From contig JBHHUM010000053.1 of assembly GCA_046861645.1 (NCBI GenBank), positions 1-14,359 on the forward strand: a stretch of 14,359 nucleotides of DNA. Direction: 5' to 3'. The notes beneath the pieces are model-generated. The model saw nothing but the letters and a program-made list of their open reading frames with translations. It did no database searches and was not told the DNA's origin. The position numbers and the translations under genes are program-made. This stretch comes from Fidelibacterota bacterium (lineage in GTDB: Bacteria; Fidelibacterota; Marinisomatia; Marinisomatales; UBA2128). Of this stretch, positions 1-8,130 are shown piece by piece. The first letter of the stretch is position 1. Each line of letters opens with the position of its first letter.

Positions 1-282
1 AATTTCTGCACTGGCACGATAGAATCGACGGGTTAGAAAATCCCTGAAAGCAATCTCTTGAACTTTTGAATCCAGTTCAAGGTTAATAATTTTCTCATCA
101 TTACGATTGACCTGAATGCAGTAAATACCTGTATGAGGCGGGGCATAGGGGTCTTTAGGAATTTGACGGATAATCAGCTTATATGTTGAAAAATCATATT
201 CACCTCGAAGCGATTGATAGCCTCCATAGTCTTTACCATTAATAGATTCCAGTTTTCTTATGAGAAAATCACTATTAAGCAT
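1..282 (-). CDS. ABC-class ATPase domain protein (COG3044 / Pfam ABC_ATPase family), N-terminal 94 aa; runs off the left edge
   Basis: Not in the ORF track. Manual translation from ATG at 282 is open to position 1: MLNSDFLIRKLESINGKDYGGYQSLRGEYDFSTYKLIIRQIPKDPYAPPHTGIYCIQVNRNDEKIINLELDSKVQEIAFRDFLTRRFYRASAEI. Fits the family N-terminus as I recall it (IdGk.Y..Yk.L.G.Y.F....L.I..vq.DPfA.P ... iA..DfLtR.F). Starts 9 nt after the stop of 292..603. The ATPase motifs lie outside the window. Confidence 0.8.
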   Translation of the reverse strand, partial: MLNSDFLIRKLESINGKDYGGYQSLRGEYDFSTYKLIIRQIPKDPYAPPHTGIYCIQVNRNDEKIINLELDSKVQEIAFRDFLTRRFYRASAEI

Positions 283-291
283 GATACCCAC

Positions 292-603
292 TTACTTTGG
301 TAGTTCCCTTCTTCCGAAGTCACTTTTTTTGGCATTGGAAATCTTTTGTAGAATTTGAGTGAGTGTATCTCCACGTTTTTCAAGAATATCGTCTTTAGCC
401 ATATTTATTAACGAATCTACAGCCTCTGTTTCTATAAGCTGAATAACTTCTACTTTTTTTGGAATTTTTATTTGGTACCTGTAACAATTTTGGGGACGAT
501 TGCGATAAAAAGGAATAGCGTAAATGTTTGCATTGTCATAGAGTACTCGAACTTCATAGTCTTTATCTTCGAATCTCATAGGAATTCGTTTATGTAGCCT
601 CAT
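292..603 (-). CDS. hypothetical protein, 103 aa
   Basis: GGAGG ribosome-binding site just upstream (minus strand tcGGAGGcaatcATG); 12-nt and 9-nt gaps to its co-oriented neighbours. No family recognised. Confidence 0.75.
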   Translation of the reverse strand: MRLHKRIPMRFEDKDYEVRVLYDNANIYAIPFYRNRPQNCYRYQIKIPKKVEVIQLIETEAVDSLINMAKDDILEKRGDTLTQILQKISNAKKSDFGRRELPK

Positions 604-615
604 GATTGCCTCCGA

Positions 616-840
616 CTATTTGAATTTAAACTCCCCAAAATCTTCAGAGGAGTAATGATCAAATTTCTTCTTCGTATTTTCCAATTCATTTTCAATAGCT
701 GTAAACATTTGATTCACTTCTTCATCAGTGTAACTATAGTTTTTCTTATTCGCTAAATTGCCAATCAATCTTAGGTGTTTAATTAAGTTAGAGATTCGTT
801 TTTCACCAAGCCGTCGAAATGTTTGTGATTTTTTATCCAT
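616..840 (-). CDS. small conserved helical hypothetical protein (~74 aa, F.RL.E.R...LRLIGNL.N..NY.YT.EEV..MF.AI type)
   Basis: Start revised from 933 to ATG at 840 (MDKKSQTFRR...): GAGGATGAGGTG precedes it and the predicted promoter at 901-929 lies inside the longer ORF. Sequence resembles a widespread small uncharacterised family. Confidence 0.8.
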   Translation of the reverse strand: MDKKSQTFRRLGEKRISNLIKHLRLIGNLANKKNYSYTDEEVNQMFTAIENELENTKKKFDHYSSEDFGEFKFK

Positions 841-900
841 CACCTCATCCTCATGTTTTTTTGAAATTGGCATTATTACTACAGGGCTTTTTAATGATGT

Positions 901-929
901 AATATAGATATAATTCAATCTATTGCCAA
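901..929 (-). promoter_or_regulatory. putative sigma70 promoter for the left-hand operon
   Basis: Minus strand TTGGCA (929-924), 17 nt, TATATT (906-901); flanked by inverted repeat TAGATATA (905-912)/TATATCTA (933-940). Confidence 0.5.
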
Positions 930-1075
930 GCATATATCTAATATTTAGGCTACATTGCTAATATATAGCAATAATGTTGTAGGATTACCTTATGGTGTTG
1001 TTTAGAAACTATTGTCTGTTCCGAAATCAAAAATTGAAAAATTCATTTGTTTTGTTATCTCTCTTATAGTGAATA

Positions 1076-1133
1076 TGCCTGCCAATATTACCTGTCTACT
1101 CTGTTGATACAGTAAACAGACGGCAGGCAGGCA
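1076..1133. repeat. REP-like palindrome (CCTGYCTRC...GCAGGCAGG type) with an internal hairpin
   Basis: CCTGTCTAC (1091-1099) vs GCAGGCAGG (1123-1131), imperfect; inner TCTGTT (1100-1105)/AACAGA (1115-1120); an extra TGCCTGCC at 1076-1083 is complementary to GGCAGGCA (1122-1129 or 1126-1133). Confidence 0.5.
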
Positions 1134-1296
1134 ATTTGTTCAGAACATCGCACTTTCAAAGCGTCGGTCGCAAGTTCTCAAAGGGATACAATGATAAATC
1201 CAGCAACGTCCACCATCGGAATCTTTCCTGCTTTTTGGTGACAGGGGGTAATGCTCTGTAGGAGCTCACTCAGATGGCTATCGGGACAAGCTGTTT

Positions 1297-2451
1297 TTAC
1301 CCCGGTTGAGTCATTTCATTAATCTTATTGATAATTTGGAGGGGAAGTACGGTAATATTTTCAGCCAGTTGATAGCATTGATTGCCGGGATAAATGACCC
1401 AGAGAAATTCAAGTTGAAGGTCATCCATGGCTATACTCATAGATTTGCTTAATCGTGGGGAATCTGCATATTTGAACTCGGCGCCCCAATTTTTTCCGTC
1501 TTTCTGCCAGAAAAGGTTAATCTCGGCTCCGTTATGGGTTCGCCAATAATAGACTTCATTATTCCGTTTATTTATGTACTGGCACAGGCGCTCTAAGGCA
1601 AACCCCTCCCAGGAAGCCCCAAGTTTAGTATGTGAAAGCAGCTGTTGGTGGGTCGCAATCGACTGGAGAGAATGAAAAATACCTGAATCTCTTAAATAGA
1701 TCTTAGGTTGATTCACCAGTCTTTTCCTGATATTCAAATGCCAGGGATGAAGGATCCGGAGCATAAAAGTCGATTCCAGAATATCGATGTATTTCCTGAC
1801 CGTCATATCGGATATACCGAATGATCGTCCCAGTTCGGAGTAGTTCAAAATCTGGCCATGATAGTGACTGATCATTATCCAGAATCTGCGAAGGGTAAGG
1901 GAGGGAATCTGAATACCAAGCTGGGGAATATCCCGTTCGAGAAACGTGGAAATGTAATTTTCCCGCCAAAGCAGACTCGCCTCCTCGCTGTTTGCCAAAT
2001 AAGATCTTGGCAGTCCACCCCTTTGCCACAGTCTGACCATATGTTCCTTGCCGACATCGCTTATCCGAAAACCGTTTAGATGATAATAACCGATCCTTCC
2101 TGCAAGCGATTCGGAACTCTGTTTTAACAGATTACGTGAAGCGTTCCCCAAAATGAGATATTTCTGATTGGGGTTGGTATCTATAAGATAGCGGAGCAAG
2201 GGAAAAAGGTCAGGCTTGCGCTGGATTTCATCGATCACAATAAGTCCGGACAGGTTTTCAAGGGCTAATTGAGGCTGATCAAGGATGGCGAGATCCCTGG
2301 GATTTTCAAGATCGAAGTAATGGTTATACTCAAATTGTCCGGCAATGGTTGTCTTACCACATTGTCTTTGCCCTAAGATTACCGTTACCGGAAATAACTC
2401 AATTAACTTTCGGATTTCAGCCAAATCCCTTTTTCTGTTGATCAGTTTCAC
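1297..2451 (-). CDS. AAA+ ATPase with C-terminal DUF4143 domain (COG1373)
   Basis: GTG start. Walker A GQRQCGKTT, Walker B IVIDEIQ, SESLAGR, RGGLP, TFLERDI, PKIYLRDSG, GASWEG, C-terminal E-x-x-L...EFK; ~380-aa size typical of the family. Confidence 0.92.
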   Translation of the reverse strand: MKLINRKRDLAEIRKLIELFPVTVILGQRQCGKTTIAGQFEYNHYFDLENPRDLAILDQPQLALENLSGLIVIDEIQRKPDLFPLLRYLIDTNPNQKYLILGNASRNLLKQSSESLAGRIGYYHLNGFRISDVGKEHMVRLWQRGGLPRSYLANSEEASLLWRENYISTFLERDIPQLGIQIPSLTLRRFWIMISHYHGQILNYSELGRSFGISDMTVRKYIDILESTFMLRILHPWHLNIRKRLVNQPKIYLRDSGIFHSLQSIATHQQLLSHTKLGASWEGFALERLCQYINKRNNEVYYWRTHNGAEINLFWQKDGKNWGAEFKYADSPRLSKSMSIAMDDLQLEFLWVIYPGNQCYQLAENITVLPLQIINKINEMTQPG

Positions 2452-2825
2452 AGGTGAATATTACAGATTTATAATGAAATATCAAATAGAATATATGAAT
2501 TATCAGGGTAGTATTTCGGCTTCTTTGGGGTATGTGGTCATTCTGTAAAAAGCACTTTCCGGGTAGCCCCCTCTCTGATGAAACGGAGGGGGTAGCCACA
2601 TCTTTGGTTCCCATTTATTAGCAATTAACTGGAAAACCATTCCAAAGAAAAACAGTGCTCTAATACCTATAAAACCCCTCTTCCAGTTCCACTCTCTTCA
2701 AAAGCCTGCTCCAGCTTGTTTTTTTACAGGGTAATGGGTGGAAGATGTACACATCAATGTCGGAATTTGAATATCTCACTTTGGTGATGCGAAGTGTTCA
2801 AATTTATCCTATATTCATCTCCATT

Positions 2826-4325
2826 ATGAATAGAAGTAAAACCGCCTTCTCTATCCACTCAACATATACCATTCTACTCTTTGGAGTCTGGTTTACACTT
2901 TTGGGATTGCTTATAAAAAGCAGTTATTTCAGTGAGATTACTCCCTGGCGAACTGCTTCCCTGCAATCGGGAATCAAAGAGATTCCCACTGATGCGGAAT
3001 GGATGACGGTCACCCATCACGGGAAAAAATTAGGTTTCGCTATCAATTCCGTAACAAACCTGGGTGTGGAGGGATATTCAATCTCCAGTACTGCCCAACT
3101 TAGTCTGGCAGTAGCTGGGATCGAAACTGATCTCTTAATGAGAAATCATGTAAATGTTGACACTCTGTTTCATCTATCTTCGTTTGATTTTCAATTACAA
3201 TCAGACCAATTTATTACTGAAATCCGAGGGAGAAAGGTTGACCAGACATTACATATTACGTTCCTGAATGGTGATGATAGTACTACTCGTAAAGTTCAAA
3301 TCCCCAACGAAATTTACACTTATCTCAGTATCCAACCCCTGGTAGTATGGCAAGGGATAAAAGAAGGAGATAAAATGACTCTGCCAGCCTTTGATCCGGT
3401 TAGTATGGAAATCGGTCAAGTGGAAATCAGACATGCGGGTAAGGAAAATCTTCTCATAGGTGATAACAGTTATTGGTTAAACAAGATCAGGGTTCAATTT
3501 AAAGGTATTCCTTCAATTCTGTGGCTTGATGATAACGGCTTGACTTACCGGGAAGAAACCATCATGGGGTTGGTGATGGAAAAGACAACCCCGGAAGAAG
3601 CTCTCGATATGGAATCTGTAGTGGGTGAAGTTGATTTGTTGGATGTCTATGCTATTCCCGTGGAGAAACCTATCATAGATCCAACCTCAGTGTCAGAACT
3701 GATCGTGAATATAGATGGGATTGATGTAAGTTATCTGTTGGCACTTAATTCCGAAAGACAGAAAGTGGTCCAGGAAAATCCTTTGCAACTGCAACTACGA
3801 CCTGTCCCGACTCCTCTATTGTCTGCTTCCCTTGATACTTTTCTGGTGTCCAACAACTTTATCCAATGCCGTCATCCAAGGATAAAAGAGTTAGCACAGG
3901 AAGTGACAAAAAATAGTGACAACGATTTAGAAAGAGTAGATCAACTTAACAATTGGATCTACCATTATCTGAAGAAACGGCCGGTAGTTACCCTTTCCTC
4001 TGCTTTGGATATTCTCGATGGACAACAAGGAGATTGTAGTGAACATACCACCCTGTTTACGTCCTTGAGTCGCAGCCTGGGAATTCCTACCAAAATTCAT
4101 ATCGGGTTGGTCTATCTCGAGGGACGGTTTCTATATCACGCCTGGCCGGTAGTTTATTTGGATGGCAAGTGGATCGCCATTGATCCTACTTTAGGTCAGT
4201 CTGTGGCAGATGCTACTCACATTACATTGTTGGAAGGTGATTTCAATAATCTGACTGAGCTGATCCCTTTATTAGGTCGCGTATCTATTAGTATAGTTGA
4301 GCAAAAGTACAGACAAGCATTGTAG
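2826..4325 (+). CDS. membrane-anchored transglutaminase-like (Cys-His-Asp triad) protein
   Basis: C-terminal GDCSEH, YHAW and IDPT motifs give an intact triad; N-terminal hydrophobic helix (ILLFGVWFTLLGLLI). Start uncertain: the ORF is open from 2745; ATG 2826 chosen because it puts the hydrophobic helix near the N-terminus. Confidence 0.88.
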   Translation: MNRSKTAFSIHSTYTILLFGVWFTLLGLLIKSSYFSEITPWRTASLQSGIKEIPTDAEWMTVTHHGKKLGFAINSVTNLGVEGYSISSTAQLSLAVAGIETDLLMRNHVNVDTLFHLSSFDFQLQSDQFITEIRGRKVDQTLHITFLNGDDSTTRKVQIPNEIYTYLSIQPLVVWQGIKEGDKMTLPAFDPVSMEIGQVEIRHAGKENLLIGDNSYWLNKIRVQFKGIPSILWLDDNGLTYREETIMGLVMEKTTPEEALDMESVVGEVDLLDVYAIPVEKPIIDPTSVSELIVNIDGIDVSYLLALNSERQKVVQENPLQLQLRPVPTPLLSASLDTFLVSNNFIQCRHPRIKELAQEVTKNSDNDLERVDQLNNWIYHYLKKRPVVTLSSALDILDGQQGDCSEHTTLFTSLSRSLGIPTKIHIGLVYLEGRFLYHAWPVVYLDGKWIAIDPTLGQSVADATHITLLEGDFNNLTELIPLLGRVSISIVEQKYRQAL

Positions 4326-5062
4326 TGATCGAACTTCAACAAATTACAAAATCATTCAATTCTTTGATAGCAGTGGATGCCATTTCCCTGAAGGTGGAAG
4401 CGGGTGAACTCTTCAGTTTTTTGGGTCCGAATGGAGCCGGTAAAACTACAACGATCAAAATGATGGTGGGACTCATGACTCCTGATTCTGGCACCATTTT
4501 GATTAATGGTACCGATGTAGAAAAGGACCCCATTAAAGTTAAGAAAATGATTGGCTATGTTCCTGATGCCCCCTTTCTCTACGAAAAACTTACGGGGGAG
4601 GAATTCTTAAATGTCATTGGTAACATGTATGAAATGAATCACGAAGAATTGGTTGCAAAGATTCAATCGTACAATGCTCAATTGGAGATGGATGAATGGC
4701 TTTTAGAGAGGATTGAAGGGTATTCTCAGGGGATGAAGCAGAGACTGGCTTTTGCAGCGGCATTCTTGCATGAGCCTAAAGTCATAATTCTTGATGAACC
4801 TATGGTGGGACTCGATCCCAAAACAGCCCGAAAAATCAAGGATATGCTTAAGGAAAAAACTCAAGAAGGTACTACTGTTTTTCTTTCAACACACAACCTT
4901 AACGTGGCTGAGGAGCTCTCCGATCGAGTGGCCATTATCCATAGAGGTAAGATTCTGGGTATGGGATCGGTGGCATCGTTTCAGGCTTCGACTCAATTTG
5001 AGGGCAATCTTGAAGATCTTTTCCTGGATATTGTTGAACGGGTAGAAACTAATTCAACTTAA
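4325..5062 (+). CDS. ABC transporter ATP-binding protein (ABC-2/export type)
   Basis: Walker A GPNGAGKTT, signature YSQGMKQR, Walker B IILDEP, H-loop STH. GTG start overlaps the upstream TAG by 1 nt. Confidence 0.97.
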   Translation: MIELQQITKSFNSLIAVDAISLKVEAGELFSFLGPNGAGKTTTIKMMVGLMTPDSGTILINGTDVEKDPIKVKKMIGYVPDAPFLYEKLTGEEFLNVIGNMYEMNHEELVAKIQSYNAQLEMDEWLLERIEGYSQGMKQRLAFAAAFLHEPKVIILDEPMVGLDPKTARKIKDMLKEKTQEGTTVFLSTHNLNVAEELSDRVAIIHRGKILGMGSVASFQASTQFEGNLEDLFLDIVERVETNST

Positions 5063-5100
5063 AACGAATCAAAATTGCATAGCTTATCTAACCTGATTTC

Positions 5101-6801
5101 ATGATACCGAATTCATTATCTATCCTCCGAATCAAGCTGCGTGCATTTTTTAGACACTTAATAACCAGTATCCGTAACAAATGGCTTGAGATTTCTGTCT
5201 CTCTTCTTATCATCGCCGGACTAATAATTGGAGGATATTCACTATTTGTAAATGGAGCAAAATTCCTTTTGGAGCAAGGTGAATTAGGTGAATTATTACT
5301 GGATAGAATTTTTAATATAAGCTGGTCCATCATATTCTATCTCCTGATACTTTCCAACATGATTACAGCAATGTCTACACTATATCGCTCCCGAGAAGTT
5401 TCATTTTTGATGACAGTTCCCCTTACGTTTACTTCCATTTTTCACATGAAATTTGCCGAAAATCTGCTTTACAGTTCCTGGGCTATTCTCATTCTTGGTA
5501 TGCCCCTGACCTTTGCCTATGGCTCAGTAAAATCACTGACTTTTCTGAAGATGTTTGCTCTACTATCATTTGGGCTGCTTCCTTTTCTGGTAATTTCTAC
5601 AGCTATAAGTCTTACTCTTTTAATGATAATCATTCGCTTGACAAAGTGGTTTCGTATGCGTTCTGTATTACTTTTTCTGGGGATGATATTTGCCGGAGCA
5701 CTCTGGGTTTATTTCAATTTTAACCAGAGGGAGACCCTTTTGACAGGAGATGTAGAGAGTTTCAGGTTTATAAATCGTTATCTTATCAATCTATCCCGAC
5801 CTCCATTCCCATTTATACCCAGCTACTGGTTAAGCGAAATTTTCAACGCTCTTTCTCAATTTCGCTGGCAGAGTTTTGTTTTCTTCAGTAGTCTTTTCCT
5901 ATCTACTGCTCTGGTAGGAATTGAGGTTGCAAATTTTATCGCCAAGCATAACTATCATGTTACCTTTCAACTTATGGAGGGGACAGGTCAACAGCTACAG
6001 GAATCTATTAAGAGAAATTTGGTACCTGGGCAAGTAGGAAGAAATCGTATCTTGGCTAGATTCAAATGGCTTTCTCCCGCTATGAGAGGCCTGGTGGTTA
6101 AAGATATTCTTCAATTTGTTAGAACACCACAGCAATGGTTCCAATTTATAATGCTTGCCTTTTTTATTGGGATTTACCTGATTAATCTATCTAGGGCTGA
6201 TGTTCGTCTTTCACTTCTTTCTCCCTTCTGGCAGCGGGCAATTTATCTTCTTAACTTTGGCTTCAGCGGATTTATCCTTGCCGCACTGACCTCTCGCTTC
6301 GTTTATCCCCTCATCAGCCTGGAAGGTAAAGGTCTCTGGATAATGATGGTCTCTCCCCAGAATTTATCTGTATTGTTTAAGGAAAAATTCTGGCTCTCCT
6401 TTATTGTCTTTTTCACCTTAACGGAATTGGTGGCTTTCGTAAGTAATTACTATTTGAGCCAGAGTCTATCCTTTTCCTTGATTACTACCGTCTTTCTTTT
6501 ATTGATGAGTCTATCTCTTATCAGTATCGCTTTGGGTCTGGGAGCGGTTTTCCCTCAATTCAACGAAAGGAACCCCATGCGGATCAGTTCCAGTGCGGGA
6601 GGGATTATCACCATCATGATCAGTCTTTTTTATGTGGGGATTATGGCAGGTGGTTTAGTCTGGATTGTGACTCTTATGGAACACAAAACAAAACTGGTAA
6701 GTTTGATTCCAGTAATAGTAGGTATTCTCTTTATTAATATTATTGCTACCGTTTTACCTCTTTGGTTGGGACACAGGTCATTAATAAGGACAGAATTGTG
6801 A
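5101..6801 (+). CDS. putative ABC exporter permease (large multi-TM, two hydrophobic halves)
   Basis: 566 aa, many TM segments, motifs FLMTVPL, KDILQFVR and ISLEGKGLW typical of this permease type; 38 nt after the ABC ATPase. Confidence 0.9.
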   Translation: MIPNSLSILRIKLRAFFRHLITSIRNKWLEISVSLLIIAGLIIGGYSLFVNGAKFLLEQGELGELLLDRIFNISWSIIFYLLILSNMITAMSTLYRSREVSFLMTVPLTFTSIFHMKFAENLLYSSWAILILGMPLTFAYGSVKSLTFLKMFALLSFGLLPFLVISTAISLTLLMIIIRLTKWFRMRSVLLFLGMIFAGALWVYFNFNQRETLLTGDVESFRFINRYLINLSRPPFPFIPSYWLSEIFNALSQFRWQSFVFFSSLFLSTALVGIEVANFIAKHNYHVTFQLMEGTGQQLQESIKRNLVPGQVGRNRILARFKWLSPAMRGLVVKDILQFVRTPQQWFQFIMLAFFIGIYLINLSRADVRLSLLSPFWQRAIYLLNFGFSGFILAALTSRFVYPLISLEGKGLWIMMVSPQNLSVLFKEKFWLSFIVFFTLTELVAFVSNYYLSQSLSFSLITTVFLLLMSLSLISIALGLGAVFPQFNERNPMRISSSAGGIITIMISLFYVGIMAGGLVWIVTLMEHKTKLVSLIPVIVGILFINIIATVLPLWLGHRSLIRTEL

Positions 6802-6947
6802 TTTTAGTTAACTCGAAAACGGAGTAAATAAATACATTTTCGCTTAATCTTTTGTTTTAGAACCTAGCTTGGTAAATTGATGTTTAGTTCCCTGTCAATT
6901 ATTCTATGCGATAAATAAATTTCATTAACATGAATTGATTAAAGAGA

Positions 6948-7408
6948 TTCTCGCTAAAGCGCCAATAATACAAAGAGAAAATTTATGACAACAAACGAAA
7001 TAGCAAAGATTTTGATAGATATATTTTTGAAAGTTCATTGAACTTTGGGGCTTGGTTTATTGGCATCGGTTTATGAAGCTTCAGAATGTCTCAAATTTGA
7101 AAAGCCAGATATTAAATATCAAAGACAACAGAGAATAGATGTAATTTTATGATGATGAAAAAGTGGATATTGGTTTTAGAGCTGATAAAATTGTATAGAT
7201 CTAAGTTATAGTGGAAATTCAATCAATAGAAGCAGTTATACCTGTTCATCGAAAAACATTAAATACTTCCTTGAAATTAACTGATCTAAATTATGATAAC
7301 TTGTTAATTTCAATGTAAATCCAATAAAAGAGGGTATTATCCGAAGGATCCTATGAACAAGAATAGTCAGTAATATGATTCTTGGCATTCCTAGTTCCCT
7401 CGCGAGAA
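6948..7408. repeat. degenerate 28-bp inverted repeat pair flanking the GxxExxY pseudogene (6948-6975 and 7381-7408)
   Basis: TTCTCGCTAAAGCGCCAATAATACAAAG vs reverse complement of the right arm TTCTCGCGAGGGAACTAGGAATGCCAAG: 18/28 identical ungapped, outer 7 bp perfect. Confidence 0.65.
6985..7356 (+). pseudogene. GxxExxY protein (PD-(D/E)xK nuclease-like) pseudogene
   Basis: Not in the ORF track. Reconstructed: MTTNEIAKILIDIFLKVH*TLGLGLLASVYEASECLKFEKPDIKYQRQQRIDVI /+1 shift near 7147/ YDDEKVDIGFRADKIV*I*VIVEIQSIEAVIPVHRKTLNTSLKLTDL /shift/ L**LVNFNVNPIKEGIIRRIL*. Collinear with the family consensus (VH..LGPGLLESVYE..., GFRAD.IVE.KVIVEIKS, LGLL.NFNV..IK.GI.R). Stops include 7039, 7196 and 7202. 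Confidence 0.9.
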
Positions 7409-7472
7409 ATAATTTTGAAAGTCCCTGCCTGATGGTTGGTAGACGAGACAATCAAAAAATAAGGAGAAAGTT

Positions 7473-7832
7473 ATGAAAAACCTACCCCTCTACCACTATC
7501 GTGCTCATGTCACTTCCGTCTATGATGGTGATACCTGCACAATGGATATTGACCTTGGACTGAAAATCTGGAGCAGGGGAGAGAAGATTCGCTTAAAACG
7601 GATCAATGCTCCGGAACTCAGGGGAAAGGAGAGACCTGAGGGATTAATATCCAGGGATTACCTAAGAGATCTTATCCAAGACAAAACCGTTATCTTACAG
7701 ACCGTCAAAGATAAAAAGGGGAAATACGGTCGCTATCTTGGGGAAATCTGGGTTAGAGATGACAAGGGGGATTATATCAATGTAAATGATAATCTGGTGA
7801 AAACAGGAATGGCGGAATATAAGTCGTATTAA
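7473..7832 (+). CDS. thermonuclease (staphylococcal nuclease-like) family protein, no signal peptide
   Basis: VYDGDT, DIDLG, IRL..INAPE, KYGRYLG motifs; AAGGAG RBS at 7461-7466. Confidence 0.92.
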   Translation: MKNLPLYHYRAHVTSVYDGDTCTMDIDLGLKIWSRGEKIRLKRINAPELRGKERPEGLISRDYLRDLIQDKTVILQTVKDKKGKYGRYLGEIWVRDDKGDYINVNDNLVKTGMAEYKSY

Positions 7833-7999
7833 TGTCAGTTAGTTAATAAAGGTGATGTGAATTGGCTGGAGCAGTGAGCAGTTACTAATAAGAATTGAAT
7901 ATAGCTATCAAAACTAAAGATGGAATGTGTCTTTAAACTAATAGCAACACATACTGGCTGCATTTCTTACACCTTTATTGGTATGCACCAAAGTTTTAC

Positions 8000-8028
8000 T
8001 TGAAAATGAAGATAATTAGTATTACAGT
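8000..8028 (+). promoter_or_regulatory. putative sigma70 promoter for the cyclase gene
   Basis: TTGAAA (8000-8005), 17 nt, TACAGT (8023-8028); predicted transcription start near 8035. Confidence 0.5.
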
Positions 8029-8042
8029 TTACATAACCTGAC

Positions 8043-8101
8043 AACTGTCGGACGCAAGGGCCGACGATCTATCCTAATAACTGTCGAGCGTAGGGATCGA
8101 C
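8043..8101 (+). repeat. two tandem 23-nt hairpin-forming repeats in the cyclase 5' leader (candidate cis-regulatory RNA)
   Basis: AACTGTCGGACGCAAGGGCCGAC (8043-8065) and AACTGTCGAGCGTAGGGATCGAC (8079-8101): 17/23 identical, period 36; stems GTCGG/CCGAC and GTCGA/TCGAC, each with a 9-nt loop. Confidence 0.7.
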
Positions 8102-8130
8102 TGAGCAACCAAACAAACGAGGAGGATATC

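Noticed and set aside
841..933. N-terminal extension of the 616..933 ORF
   Set aside because: Contains the predicted promoter; a better RBS and the conserved-looking sequence begin at ATG 840.
2575..2584. Hammerhead ribozyme core (CTGATGA, GAAAC)
   Set aside because: The two motifs overlap in one loop with no stem II or three-way junction.
1703..5333. Alternative ORFs 1703-2029, 1858-2079, 1875-2057, 2345-2548, 2417-2614, 3249-3434, 4336-4533, 4791-5045, 5088-5333
   Set aside because: Overlap well-supported genes in other frames or strands and show no recognisable motifs.
7236..7451. 71-aa minus-strand ORF
   Set aside because: Antisense shadow of the GxxExxY pseudogene and its repeat.
7869..7882. 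GAGCAGT x2 direct repeat
   Set aside because: Two copies of 7 nt are not distinguishable from chance.
8043..8101. Mini CRISPR array
   Set aside because: Only two divergent units, a 13-nt spacer and no cas genes.
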